A DNA stretch of 64,000 bases. It comes from Octopus sinensis (Eukaryota). The stretch's first letter is position 1. Each line of letters starts with the position of its first letter. This document shows positions 11,965 through 25,601 of the stretch, in pieces. The translations under genes and the position numbers were made by a program. The notes below the pieces were generated by a model. It was not told where the DNA came from. It was given only the letters and a program-made list of their open reading frames with translations, and did not search any database. The stretch spans positions 69,750,001-69,814,000 of the forward strand of contig NC_043002.1 in the NCBI RefSeq assembly GCF_006345805.1. The letters are read 5' to 3'.

Positions 11965-12950
11965 AAGATTGTGCAAGGGATTAGAAGATTAGCCTACCTT
12001 GGTATGTCGAGGGGAGTAAAGAAGAAATGATTGAAGCAGTGAAAATGCAGGGAGCCTTAAAAATGAACAAGGCCATAGATCCAACACAATCTAAGAAAGA
12101 CTAGAGAGCAGGTGAAGAAAATTTGGTAGGACAAGCAATTGCATAGTTAGTTCTTGAAGAATAAGGATGAGATTGATTGGAATAGAACCTGGCAATGGGT
12201 GCAGAAAGGAGACTTAAAAGAGCGCACTGAGGCATTAGTGTGCAGCGCTCAAGAACAAGCTCTCAGAACAAACTACTCCAAATATCACATTAATACAAGC
12301 ACTGACTCGCCACAGTGTAGGATGTGCTCTGAGAAGGGAGAAAGTATAAGCCATATTATTAGTGAGTGTTGTAAGCTCGCACAATGCGAATACAAAAGGA
12401 TTCACGACAAAATGGTCAGAGATGTCCACTGGCTGTTGTGCGGTAAAGCAAACCCCGAAAGAGCCGAACAGTGGTATGAACACAAGCTAGAGAGAGTAAT
12501 GGAAAAACGAACATTATAAAATACTCTGGAATTTTAACATGCAGTGCGACCATGTCAAAAAGTGAGACGACCAGATATCGTGCTTATCCATAAAGATTAA
12601 AAAGAAGGAAAGATAATAGATGTTGGAATACCAGGCGATTCGAGGGTGAAATGTAAGAAAACAGAAAAATTGAGAAATACCAGCCACTGGGGGACGAGAT
12701 AGGAAAGCTATGGAAAGTAATGGTGATACTGGTAGTAACTGGAGCATTAGGAGCAGTTTCCAAGGGCTTTGATGCTGCTGTCAGGCTCGAAGTGACCCAG
12801 AAGACAACATTATCGGGTACAGCACGTATTTTAAGAAGAGTGTTGTCTCTTTGAATCACAGAAGGTTCTACTTGAAATTTTTGGTGATTTGTTGTTGTCT
12901 GCTTTCAAGTAAAGAATAACCGGTAATTAAGAACTATCCCAGAGTCTTTC
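11965..12950 (+). mobile_element. 3' fragment of an R4/Dong-like restriction-endonuclease non-LTR retrotransposon
   Basis: TEALVCSAQEQALRTN, CRMC..KGESISHIISEC (CCHC knuckle), RPDIVLI, KIEKYQPL, TGALG; ends directly at a (TAA)n array starting ~12951. Confidence 0.8.
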
Positions 12951-14133
12951 ATAATAATAATAATAATGATAATAATAATAATAATAACAACAACAACAAC
13001 AACAACAACAACAATAATAATGATAATAATAATAATAAAATAATAATAATATAATAATAATAATAGATAAACACACAAACACACGCACGCGCGCGCACAC
13101 ACACACACACACACAACACACACACACCTGTATTTATATGTATCGTCCTGTTTTAGCTTCTGTTATGTGGGCATCGCCTGAAGATTGCATGAAGGCACCA
13201 GATTGTTAAAATATGCTGTCTGAGATGTTTTCATCGTATGAAACTATTAGTAGCTCATAAAAATATAGATTGTGTTTATTAAATAATAGTTATCTCTCAC
13301 CAGATGGCGTACGTATTTGGCTGTGTGGCAAATTTGCTTTTCAACCACATTGTTCCAAGTTCAGTTCCGCTATCTTTGTGTATGTGCTTTGACCCCCTCA
13401 ACACCGCTTGACAACCGATGTTGGTATGTTTACGTCCCCGTAACTTAGCGGTTCGGTATAAGCGGCCGATAGAATGTACAGGAATCGATTCATTCGACTA
13501 AACTCTTTAAGGCAGTACACCAGCATGGCCGCAGTCTAATAACTGAAACAGGTGTGAAGATTAAAGATAAATATATATATATATATATATATATTTCTTT
13601 ACTACCCACAAGGGGCTAAACACAGAGGGGAAAAACAACGACAAACAAAGGGGTTAAGTCGATTACATCGACCCAGTGCGTAACTGGTACTTAATTTATC
13701 GACCCCGAAAGGATGAAAGGCAAAGTCGACCACGGCGGAATTTGAACTCGGAAAGTAACGACAGACGAAATACAGCTACGCATTTCGCCCGGTGTGCTAA
13801 CGTTTCTGCCAGCTGACACGTATGCACACATACATATACACACGTGCGCGCGCACACACACACACACACACGCGCGCGCGCAAACACACACTGAGACGCA
13901 TACACATACACATTGTATGTATTACATATGTTAATTACATGTACCTATATGCATATCACGTTCAGTGATATATATAATTGATGGTGTATCACATGTATGA
14001 ATACACATAAGCACATTTGAAAATGCTCTCTGCTGTACTGTAAAACAAGCACGTATGCAGTTGCACAAGCACTCATGCATGCACGCACATGCACACGCGC
14101 ACGCGCATACACGCATAAACACACACATTATGA

Positions 14134-14178
<45 letters not shown>

Positions 14179-14291
14179 ATGTCTGTATGTATGTATATAC
14201 GTATGTATGCATGTATGCGTGCATGTATGTCTGTATCTATAAATGAATATATGAATGCATGTATGTATGTGTATAATATATTTTTGTATGC

Positions 14292-14347
<56 letters not shown>

Positions 14348-14431
14348 TGAATATATATACACACACACATATATGTATGTACGTATGCACGTATGTATGT
14401 ATGTACGTATGCACGTATGTATGTATGTATG

Positions 14432-14462
<31 letters not shown>

Positions 14463-14550
14463 GGAAGTGTGTATGCATGCATGCATGTATATTTGTATAT
14501 AAACGCACACATGTATGTGCGTATATGACTGTAACAAATAAAAGAATACT

Positions 14551-14628
<78 letters not shown>

Positions 14629-14734
14629 CGATTTCATACACATTCAGCGAATGTTATATGCACTACCGACAGCGAAATATATGACACGTAACCAGTATTA
14701 AAAGCTTCTGTCTTTACAATTCCAAACTATGTCA

Positions 14735-14907
14735 CACTACCACCATCACGACGACGACGACGACGACCACCACCACCACCACCACAACCACAACCACCAC
14801 CACCACCACCACCATCACCACCACCACCACCACAGCCACCCCCCACCATCACACCCACCATCACCACCACCACCACCACCACCACCACCATCACCACAGC
14901 CACCACC

Positions 14908-14972
<65 letters not shown>

Positions 14973-15000
14973 CACCACCACTATCATCATCATCGTCAAC
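14735..15000. repeat. Compound (CAC)n/(GACCAC)n/(CAT)n microsatellite
   Basis: Visible directly. Confidence 0.95.
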
Positions 15001-15571
15001 AATGCATCAAGAACTGCTGACATCACATTTCAAATGCTGCGTTAGGAACTTTTTAAAACCATCGCCGCCATCTTTTCCCGCCTTACTCTGTCTTTCTTAC
15101 GCTCTTTCTTTCATTCTTTTACACTCTTCTTTCTTCATTTCTCTTTTCCTTTCTTACTCTCTTTCTCATTTTCTTTCTTCCTATCTTTCCTTCACATCTC
15201 TCCTTTTTCTTTCGTTCGTTTTTTTTTTCCTTCTTTACTCCATTTTGCTTTTCCCTCTCTATCTTCCTCTCGAGATCATTCATTCATTCACTTCTTGCAT
15301 TCATTTTTTCTTTCCTTTACGAACTTTCTTTCTTTCTCTCTTTTCTTTTCTTTTCTTTTCTTTCATACCCTACACCCCAATTTCCACCCATCACACATAC
15401 GCCCCTCCTCTTACTTATGACAACCTCACTTCTCACGCCGGTCAGGTTTCTTAGTTTTTGTTACAGTTAACACAACTTTACACACACACACTCACACATA
15501 CACATACATACACCAGCAAACACACTTTCATGCGTATTGATGTATGCATATACATATTTATAACCACATAT

Positions 15572-15654
<83 letters not shown>

Positions 15655-16145
15655 ATACATATTTCATAAAAATCCTTATACATATACTGACGCACAGGCA
15701 CAAGCACATACACACACACACATACATGCATACATACATATATACATACATACACTCTCAGAGAAACATACATGTGTGTGTAACTGTGTTATATGCAATT
15801 TACACACACACACATACACACGCACACACACACGCATAAAAATGATAAAATTATGTTGGCTATGCACATACACGCATACATGACTGCACACACACACACA
15901 TACTTATAATTTATATATACTTACCAACATGCCCACACACACACACACCACACACACACACACCACACACACACACACCACACACACGACCACACCAGTG
16001 TATACAAACATGAACACAGACACTGTGAATTTATTTCGTGTAATGGCTATCAAAATTCTATTAGAAATTTTATTTCTTTATATTTCTTGTTTTTTTATAT
16101 TTGGAAACTGCTTTTGGCGCGTTTCTGCAGATATGTTTCTGTGTA

Positions 16146-16241
<96 letters not shown>

Positions 16242-16252
16242 TGTGTGCGCGC

Positions 16253-16283
<31 letters not shown>

Positions 16284-16291
16284 CGTGTGTA

Positions 16292-16509
16292 CGAGTGGGT
16301 GCTGAAACGTTCCTGGTTTTGGTTAAAAGAAAATATAGAAAGATCAATAAATTAATGATTTTATTCAAACTATTTCCCTATCAGACCCATACATTTATTG
16401 CAGCGGTCCTTCAGTTTTTCCAAGTCCAGTAACAGAACTCGGAAGGTTAAGCCTTTCGCGAGGCCTTTCGTAACACTCTTAAAGCCAGAAACTTTTCAGA
16501 AATCCCTCG
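16292..16509. mobile_element. Mariner-derived MITE (218 bp)
   Basis: Imperfect ~29-bp TIRs (CGAGTGGGTGCTGAAACGTTCCTGGTTTT versus CGAGGGATTTCTGAAAAGTTTCTGGCTTT) with TA on both sides. Confidence 0.65.
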
Positions 16510-16689
16510 TATAAAGCAAATTTTACGTATATCTATATATATGCAAATGTGCGTGTGGCGGGGTATGTGTGTATTTGTGTGTTTATACACGATTATATTT
16601 AAGTTTGAGCCATTTTTATTTAAGATTGTTCTTATTTCCTTCATGGTCCTGATGTTTAATTTGGGAAAATAACATTTCTAAATCCATTA

Positions 16690-17340
16690 GCCCAATCATG
16701 TTTCGAGACCTTCACTGTATCATCATCAGGATAAAGTGATGATAATAATGGCATTAAGTCGTAACAGATCATGGGAATAGTGTTATAACTGGTTATTCAT
16801 CAACGCCTATACAGCGGTTAAATCCTAGTAGATTTTAAGATTATTTGACATGTGATGTATCTATGTGTTGAATTTTGGTTTGTATTTGCTATTAGTAGAG
16901 CTTCTATAGTTACCATTTCCATTTTTTGATAAAATTCTACAAATCTTATTGACTAATATTTTTCAGTTTAATTTCATTTCGCAGATTAGAAGGTGCGATG
17001 TATAATTGTTGCACATGTACGGTCAACCGATGAAAAAGAGTTGTATTTCTGCATTCGATGTAACAGTCTGAGTCATGAAGTTACCAACTTTCATGTTTAC
17101 ATATATTATTTGTAACGGTTTGCTTTTCCTCGTTAGCCAAGTGGAATACCGCGAATATGGGTTCGAGTGGATAACCAATATTCACCACATCCTCCTTGAT
17201 GTATAAATTACCTTTTAGGCAGCAAACATAATTTGTGCAGGCAAAGAGGAGGTTTTCCATGATGTTTCTTGGTACAGCAGCTGGTTTTATTTATTATGTG
17301 AGTATGCATGAGCCGACACCATGTATATAGTTTCCGTTAC
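16690..17340 (-). mobile_element. Internally deleted Penelope-like element remnant
   Basis: NLLFACTNYVCCLKGNLYIKEDVVNIGYPLEPIFAVFHLANEE (similar to PLE RT GVAMGSPL.P motif), IEALLI..KPKFN (GIY-YIG C-terminus), then a decayed CTGATGA...GAAACATG motif. Confidence 0.55.
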
Positions 17341-17984
17341 TGGTACGTTAAGTAAAAAAAACTTTCGATATCAATAGTGGAATACTAGCTAACTTTATTC
17401 GTTTCCTGTTTCGCTACATTGGCCCCATGGCTCATTAAAACAACAACAACAACAAAATGATTAAGATTAAATTTAAAATTAGATATAAAAAAGGTTAGTT
17501 GACAGCATTACACTTTTATACAAAATTTCACAAAAATATGACAGTTATATTCCCACGATCTGTCGCAGCTTATTGCAAAGCACGCGAACTACATGCCATT
17601 ACTTTAGACATTTAATTCTGCTGACCTTAAGGTCTCGTAACAGTGCTGGGCTAATGGATTTAGGAAAACTTTTGTTCCAATCTGAACATTAAGAACTATT
17701 AAGAAAATATGAAAAAATCTCTGATAGTATGATCAAATTGTCGTATCTTTAACATGTTTGAAAGAAGAGCTGTTCTTTATGCAAATACCTAAGTACGTAC
17801 ATACGTACATACATATACATACATACATACATACTTATACACATACATACATACATACATACATACATACATACATACATACATACATACATACATACTT
17901 ATACACATACATACATACATACATACATACATACATACATACATACATACATACATACATACATACATACATACATACATACAT

Positions 17985-18122
17985 ACATTATGGCTGCCCC
18001 CTCGTTATCGAGTATGGCCATTGCACGAAGCTTAACTGTTACTGGTGCTGTGAGCGAAGTTGACTTTTTAGCCCAGCTAAAGATCTACAATGTCTTGTGC
18101 AGAATTGGCAACTAAAACCTAC
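17985..18122 (-). mobile_element. Short 3' copy of the same RTE-like family as 5543-5783
   Basis: Minus strand reads GFSCQFCTRHCRSLAGLKSQLRSQHQ*, a homologous 3' UTR and a long (TATG)n tail. Confidence 0.7.
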
Positions 18123-18602
18123 ATGCATACATACATACATACATACATACATACATACATACATACATACATACACATAATACACATATAGCTACTTATC
18201 TATATTTTTGTGTGAGTGTGTGCGTGTGTTAATGTAAGCATTTTACTTATATTCATCAATGTTAAAAGGAGAGGATCCAAGGCCTTAAAGAGATCTGCAA
18301 GTTTAGGAGGCCAGAAAGAAGTACAATGTTTGAGAGACAATAATTTTACTGGGGTGCCTTTTTGCTGATTTAATTTTACTTAAAGTCTATCTTTTCGACA
18401 ATTTGTGAATTTTAGAATCGCTAATATTCCTTTGTCTGCAATTTTAATTATTTATTCACTGTAGCCTAGAACATTCATAAGAATGTGTACTTTTCAGAGA
18501 CAGCCACGGGAGCATTTGTATTTTTGCGATTAGCAAAAAAGTCGCTTTTAAAAATGTAGAATACTCGTTAAAAATCAATTTTCTTATGGCTTGGTTGTGT
18601 TT

Positions 18603-18928
18603 GTTACCTCCAAGGCGGAGGTATTGTTTTCAGTTGTGTTTGTTTGTCCGTGGACAAGATATCTCAAGAACCGCTGGATGGATTCGGATGACACTTTCAG
18701 GGATGTTTGACCTTTTGACTGTCACAAACTGATCAGATTTTGGGATCGATCCGGTACCGGACAAGGATTCTGAATTATTTTTCCGTTCTTTTTTAGTATT
18801 TTCGTTTGTGAGAGGAGTCGAGTTTATTTCAGATATTCTCATTTAAAAAAATCATCTCTGGTTAATCGTTGAGAGGACGTTTGTATTGCTTTGGCGGAGG
18901 TTTAACGCTCTCTGGGTTCTCTTGCTTT
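18603..18928 (+). mobile_element. Probable Helentron-associated non-autonomous element (HINE/DINE-like)
   Basis: 5' hairpin ACCTCC-AAGGC-GGAGGT (18606-18622) followed by a TGTTTGT tract; inverted subterminal copy TTGGCGGAGGT at 18891-18901. The architecture matches DINE-1/HINE as recalled. Confidence 0.5.
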
Positions 18929-19545
18929 TAATTTAATCAGACTGTATTCGTATTTGTATGCTTGCTTTCATTTATTTATTTGGTTGAAAATATATAATAT
19001 ATACTTGAGACAATGTCTAAAAAAAAAAGAAAGAAAGAAACGTACTGGAAGAAAATATCAAGAAGTATAAATAAGCTCAGTAGCATTAGACCAACCACAA
19101 GGATAATAAATAAAACAGAATAGACGCAGAACTTTGAAAGTTGACATTGCCAAAGTAAGCCACAGCAAATGCAAACCCAGCAGTTAGAAGGAAGGAGGAA
19201 GAATACATTTAAAGCAGCTTACAAACTAGCATCTACACTCGCAAGGATAAAGAGGGGAGCCATTAAATTATGCACAAATTGTAAAAAGGATGCTTTGTTG
19301 AAGTAGGATTATACTTAAACCCCGTAGATAGGTGAACAAGTACAAGCAACTACTAAAAGGACCAAAACTGATCGACGTCGAGAATAAGCCACCAGCACTT
19401 GAAAACATTTTGGTGCACTATAATTAAGAAGAATATTCAATGAATTTGAGTTAACTGATACGGCTTGGCTTAATGCGAATGATATAATTTATCTGTGTTA
19501 TAACTGAGGATATTCATCGCTTCCAAGGATATACTCATCTTGGGA

Positions 19546-19695
19546 CAGGGGCGAACTGAGCCGTCCGTCAGTCCGGCTCTGTTCGAGGGCCCGGAGCTCT
19601 GAGAGCCCTACATGTTAACTCTACTAAAATACACATTCAAAGGGGTCCGTAAACAGGTATGCCCGAGGGCCCTTAATACTTTCAGTCTGCCCCTG
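19546..19695. mobile_element. hAT-type MITE (150 bp)
   Basis: CAGGGGCGAACTGAG...TTCAGTCTGCCCCTG TIRs; 8-bp TSD TCTTGGGA/TCTTGGGG. Confidence 0.75.
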
Positions 19696-20369
19696 TCTTG
19701 GGGTCTCCTACAGGACATATGAAATCAATTTTCTCGTAAGATTTTAAGAAAAATGCGTAAAATGGTGTTGACTTTATAATGAATGTATGTACTTATTGCC
19801 TGACACGCCGTCGTTGAAGATGAGTAATGTTCCAGATGATCCGAGCAGCAAAACAGTCTGCTTCTGAAATTAACGTGCAAGCAGCTGCTGAGCACTCCAC
19901 AAGCACATGCAACATAAACGTAGTTGCCAGTGAGATTCAGCGTGACATAGAATGTGATAAAGCTGGTCCTTTGAATTACAGGTACTACTCATTTTTTCCA
20001 GCTGAGTGGACTGGAGCAACGTAATGTAAAGTATCTTGCTCAAGGACACAACGTGCTGCTGGAAATCGAACTCACGACCTTACGATCGTGAGCCAAATAC
20101 CGTAACCACTAAGCCATATTGTACCACTATGCCGGGAAACTAGCTTTAATTGAGAACGTTCCATGTTGCTGCCAAACACTGGAATTCTTTCCGATGATAA
20201 GCAATCACAATGCAATCATTAATTATTGGCTTCAAATTTTGGCACAAAGCCAGCAATTTCGGGGGAGGAGGGAAGTCGATTACATAGTCTCAGTACTCAA
20301 CTGGTACTTAATTTACCGACTCCGAAAGACAAAGTTGACCTCGGCAGAATTTGAACTCCTAACGTGGTC

Positions 20370-20900
20370 GGCTCCAGCATCCGAGTATTGGGTTTGTCAG
20401 TTTCCAGCCAGTCTCCTCGGCTGATGTTTGTGCCGAAAATGACTTTGGGGTCCAAATCGGTGGGGAAAGAATCTGGGCAGAACTCGTACGGGAAGGTCGG
20501 TGCAGGTCGAAGATGTTGAAGACGCTCCTTTCTTCTCCTGCGTTTTGCATCCTCATTCTGTTGTCTGTTCTGCTCAAAGGAGCTGGCTCCATTGTGGATA
20601 GTAGTCCTCCAGGCTGTCCTGTCCAAGGCAATTTGTATCCTCTGTCCAAGTCTACTCGATGATTCCACTGTTTCGCTAAACAATTTTTCCAATCAGTCCT
20701 CTGGATTTCTCTCCTTACTCACATGGTGTTCACCAAATGGCGTCAACTTTAAGATGCTCAAACAGTTCTTCTACAGTTTCGATTGCTTCCTCACAGACTG
20801 TTCTTTCTACAAAATCCTTTTAGTAAATTAACCACGCTGTATTATTGAAGCAATCAGGAAGAAGATGAAAGTGTTAAAACAGTCACTGCTAATAGTAATG
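20370..20900 (-). mobile_element. 3' fragment of an RTE LINE (single terminal finger)
   Basis: DRTAWRTTIHNGASSFEQNRQQNEDAKRRRRKER, then frameshifted FCP.FFPHRFGPQSHFRHKH. Confidence 0.75.
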
Positions 20901-22635
20901 TTCCATAAGGAACAATACTTGGCTACTACTTACATTATCGAACTCTAGACAGAAGTAAGGCGAAGTCACCTACAGCAAAATTTGAACGAGGAAAATAAAC
21001 AGATGTAAAAGTTCTATTTACACCACCAACTCTGCTGACAATCCTTAAATGGTTTATTGATACTTTCCACCACTTTCATTTGATTATTTATAATAACTTT
21101 TAGCTTGTGATTATCTTTTACTGTTGTATATGCTTTTATCAACTATGTCAAACTCCTTATCTATGTGGACAGCGGCTTCTAGTCTATATGTTATATATTC
21201 ACACATAAATTAACGCCGGGCGTTTTTCTTCCTGAATTCTGCCGACGTAATGTAGGTTTATAATCTTTATGCATGTCTACAGGCATGTTTAAATGTTTAT
21301 TTATATATGTGTGCATATACGCATGAATGTAGGTTGTCATGAATGTATGTATATAAGTAGGTAAAATGTCTGAATGAGTCTACAGATGTGTGATGGTAAG
21401 TATATTATATAAATATACGTACGTGTATATATTTGTAAGTGCCGAAGAAAGAAGTTAACTTTAAGTTTAGTGACTATAATGAAGACTTTCAGTATAACCC
21501 AGCTTTGCCCGGGATTAAGTTAGGATTATTAAGTTAATCAAGTTCTTTATTTCAAACCAAACTAAGTAACATTCACGTCAAATTTGGGCGAAATCCGTTA
21601 AAATTGGTTTATATATATACATATATATGGGTAACATATACACACGCGCGCGCGCGCGTACATACGTACACCTATTGCATGCATGTTTTTTGTACGCATA
21701 CATATTAGTGTGTGTGTGTTGGCTGTATATCAACAAAACACTTTTTTCCTCGATGGAAAAAAACAACAATAGTCTTAACAAAAACTTACTCGTCGCTAGA
21801 AGGGGACTTAACTCCTGTTTGCAAACAATACTGATTTCTCCGACTTGAAAATTGTTAAAAGATTGGTTGAAAATTTATTTTTACTGCTATTCGCTGGTGC
21901 CTCTGGGGAAAATCAGATGACGAAAATACAGCTAGGGTCATAACAAATTCCCTCCTAAAATTGGAGCGACATGCGTGCTAATTTATGGACATGCATAAAT
22001 TAGAAAAGATTGTCAAAAGTAAAATGTAAAGCTTTGTTGTGTTAAGTACAAACTTATTAAAATACAGTTATACATTCTTTGATAATAATAAGAAAATGTT
22101 AAAAACAGTTTACAAGAGAGTATTTAAGAAAGTAATCAGAACAGGATTCCAAAAAGTATTTTGAGTTCAATAAAAATTATGTTTGTTTGGTAGTATATAT
22201 ATACACAGAAGGAGATATATTTAAGAATTTACAAAAAATTGAGGAATAACTGACCTGTCTTTCTGACATTTTCTCTTGTGTTTAGCTAAAGAATGTTTGC
22301 TATTTTAAGGGACAGTGTGGGAGGTTGGTTGGGGGAAGGAAGAGCAATGTGGAATCAAAAGGATTTTTTTTGTTTCTGGGCTAGTCTGTCATAGTTCAGT
22401 GGTTTTTGGGACTGGTTTTAGAGGTCAGAATGGTGTCAGTGTATGTGTCTCTCTGTGCACGTCTCTATGTGTGTGTGTGTATATATATACATGTGCTTGT
22501 GTTTTATATTTGGTAGGATGGTGTGTGTATATGTATGCACGTTTCTGTGTGTGTGTATGTGTGTGGTTGGAATTTGTTAGGCTGTTGTGTGTGTGCCTGT
22601 ATGTAAACACATCCACATGTTGTATTTTGCGAAGG

Positions 22636-22636
<1 letters not shown>

Positions 22637-22729
<93 letters not shown>

Positions 22730-22732
22730 GTA

Positions 22733-22763
<31 letters not shown>

Positions 22764-22777
22764 GTCTGGCTGTCTCG

Positions 22778-22840
<63 letters not shown>
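22637..22840. repeat. (TCTA)n/(TCTG)n microsatellite
   Basis: Visible directly. Similar (TCTA)n tracts at 7149-7187, 63313-63382 and 63800-63908; many other (TA)n, (CA)n, (TACA)n and (TAA)n tracts throughout. Confidence 0.95.
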
Positions 22841-23674
22841 CGTACGTACCTAACTACCTGTTTGAACTCATCCAGTTGACTTTACTCTGGAGTTTCCACA
22901 ACTTCAAGATGGCTCGTCGGATGTAGTTTACGTCCAGTCGATTCTGCTTTCAACTCTCCTTCGAGGTCGACAAAATAAGTGCCAGACAAATTACTGGGTC
23001 GATATAATCGACAAAAATTATCTTAAAGGCAGTACTCCAGCATGACCACTTTCCCATGACTGCTTACTACTGAAAGAATAAAATAATAAATAGTTATATA
23101 GTCAATTAGATCCACCCAATTGCTTCACTGGTACCTTATTTGATCAACTCCAAAGTTCCTTCCAGGATTTGAACTAAGGTAGATAGATTGACGTAATTGA
23201 AGCTAATATACCCAAGGTTTAGCCCCCTGCTGTTTCCTCGCTGTTTCCAGTGAAATCTGTAGCCACAGATATTGATAAAGATATTGAAAATTAAGCTCGG
23301 ATTAAGAGTATAATTTGAAAGTAGATTCAAGGCGTAAACTCAGAAGACACGTAAACACTTATTTCGTCCTGACATCGTTTTCTGGGAAGAAAAATTAAAA
23401 ACTGTCAAAAAAAAAATAAAAGATAAAAATAAAACGGTAAAAAAAAAACCTGCAATACTGTGCAATTTAACTTTCTGCTTGATTTTAATGTGGTAAAATA
23501 ACAAGAAAATGAATATAAATAGAAGACACATGCGTCTTATGAAAACAAAAGTAAAGAAAGCAACCCAGGGTTGCTCGGTGGGGGTGCGTATTACAACTGC
23601 TACAAACATATGTAGGACTACATACATACGTACATACATACGTACATACATATATATATATATACATATGTATG

Positions 23675-23713
<39 letters not shown>

Positions 23714-24070
23714 ACATACATATATATATATGTGTATGTATACAAATATGCATGTGCGCACGCGCGTGTGGGCGTGTGTAGTTATGTATGTATGTGCTGA
23801 TTTAGGGTTATGAATCCGAAAGTTTTGATACCGATTATTCAATCATTAATTCTGCACTTTTCAGTTTTCGATCTATTGTTCGATGAAGCATCAACATACC
23901 GATTCCAGATTATTTATGCTGGTTGTAGGCCTATATGTCCAAAGTATCCAAATGCTGTTTAAATAGGAATATCATGTAGTTGAGCACATAACTCTGGTGG
24001 CCATCGACTCATAGATAAAATTTGAACTAGGGATAGTAATATTCAGAACGGCTACCATCCTGGATGGTAC

Positions 24071-24485
24071 TTTTTACTCTCTTTTACTCTTTTACTTGTT
24101 TCAGTCATTTGACTGCGGCCATGCTGGAGCATCGCCTTTAGTCGAGCAAATCGACCCCGGGACTTATTCTTTGTAAGCCCAGTACTTATTCTATCGGTCT
24201 CTTTTTGCCGAACCGCTAAGTGACGGGGACGTAAACACACCAGCATCGGTTGTCAAGCAATGCTAGGGGGACGAACACACAAACACATACACACACATAC
24301 ACATATACATATATATATACATATATACGACAGGCTTCTTTCAGTTTCCGTCTACCAAATCCACTCACAAGACTTTGGTCGGCCCGAGGCTATAGTAGAA
24401 GACACTTGCTCAAGGTGCCACGCAGTGGGACTGAACCAGGAACCATGTGGTTGGTAAGCAAGCTACTTACCACACAGCCACTCCT
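24071..24485 (-). mobile_element. SINE group A, full-length copy
   Basis: Head, core, microsatellite and tail all present. Confidence 0.85.
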
Positions 24486-25601
24486 GCGCCTTCATTTATC
24501 AACATCAGAAGGATGAAAGACTAAGTTGAGCTTCGTAGGATTCAAACACACACACTGAGATCAGGAACTGTATCATTAAATATTCTCCACACTTTGCTAT
24601 ACTCTACTTTTCAGCAAATCTCCTAATTGGAGAGTAACAGCTGTTTTTTTTCACCTTTTTCTATTATACCAAGTGGAAACTTGTAGAAGCTGATGGAGGC
24701 CTGATGGAAGAGTAAACCGTTTAATGCCATTCTTTTGATCTTGTCCATCATATGTCCTTCGCCATAACTCCTAGATGCAAGACAACAACTGCTTACCCTT
24801 TCCAGCCAAAGGAAGACGATCTTTATGATGGACTGAGCTGCTAACCCTGACCGTCCGACTCATATGACTGTTTGATATCATGCATACAAAACGGTTTCAT
24901 CAAGCCTACCTGACGACACGACCATGTCAGTAGAGTTGATTACGAATCTACAACGTCCTTCTTTGGCACTACAAGGGGATAGATTTCTGCAAGCTGTCCA
25001 TAGTATTCGGGTGGAGGGTGTTCAGTTGACCTTCGTTGACCTCTAGGATCTTCTCAAGAACGTTGACTCACTTGCCTAACCACTAATCTTCTATAGAATA
25101 AAAGGTGAGACCACCGTTGGCTCATCACCCGAGTGAAAGAAAATGTCGAGTGCTTGACGATATTCAAGATATTAAGCGGCTAATTTGGTCTTTTCTTAAT
25201 GCATGATTGGAACTCTGGCGAATACACGAACCGAAGAAAAAATATTGCGCCACAAATAACGACCCCCATCTACTCGCCACTCAATTTTATCTGTTGGCGT
25301 CACAATGTCGGCGTTTGACTTCGTATCATCAGCTGCAACATAGTGAAAAGAGGCTGTTGGTAATAGATAAAACTTCTGACTAGTTGATCAATTACCTTCC
25401 ACAAAAAGCGAAAGAGTTGACATTCCACCCTGACAAGATGAAGACTAGGACAGCTACGATGATAAGGGGGTAATAAACCACGGAGACAATGTTCGCGTTC
25501 GTCACTCCTGTTCCACCTGAAATAATTACTGTTATTCTTATTGCTTTCAATGTCACTTGATGCAACGAACCTCCTTGTATTCTCGCTACTTGTATCTATT
25601 T

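Noticed and set aside
21485-21990. Helitron/HINE-like 5' ends (also CTAGCAGAGATAGCCGGCGTTGCCCG at ~43753)
   Set aside because: Only a short end motif is recognisable; the other terminus could not be defined.
24720-25100. Possible very old LINE 3' remnant on the minus strand
   Set aside because: Motifs are too degraded to support a call.
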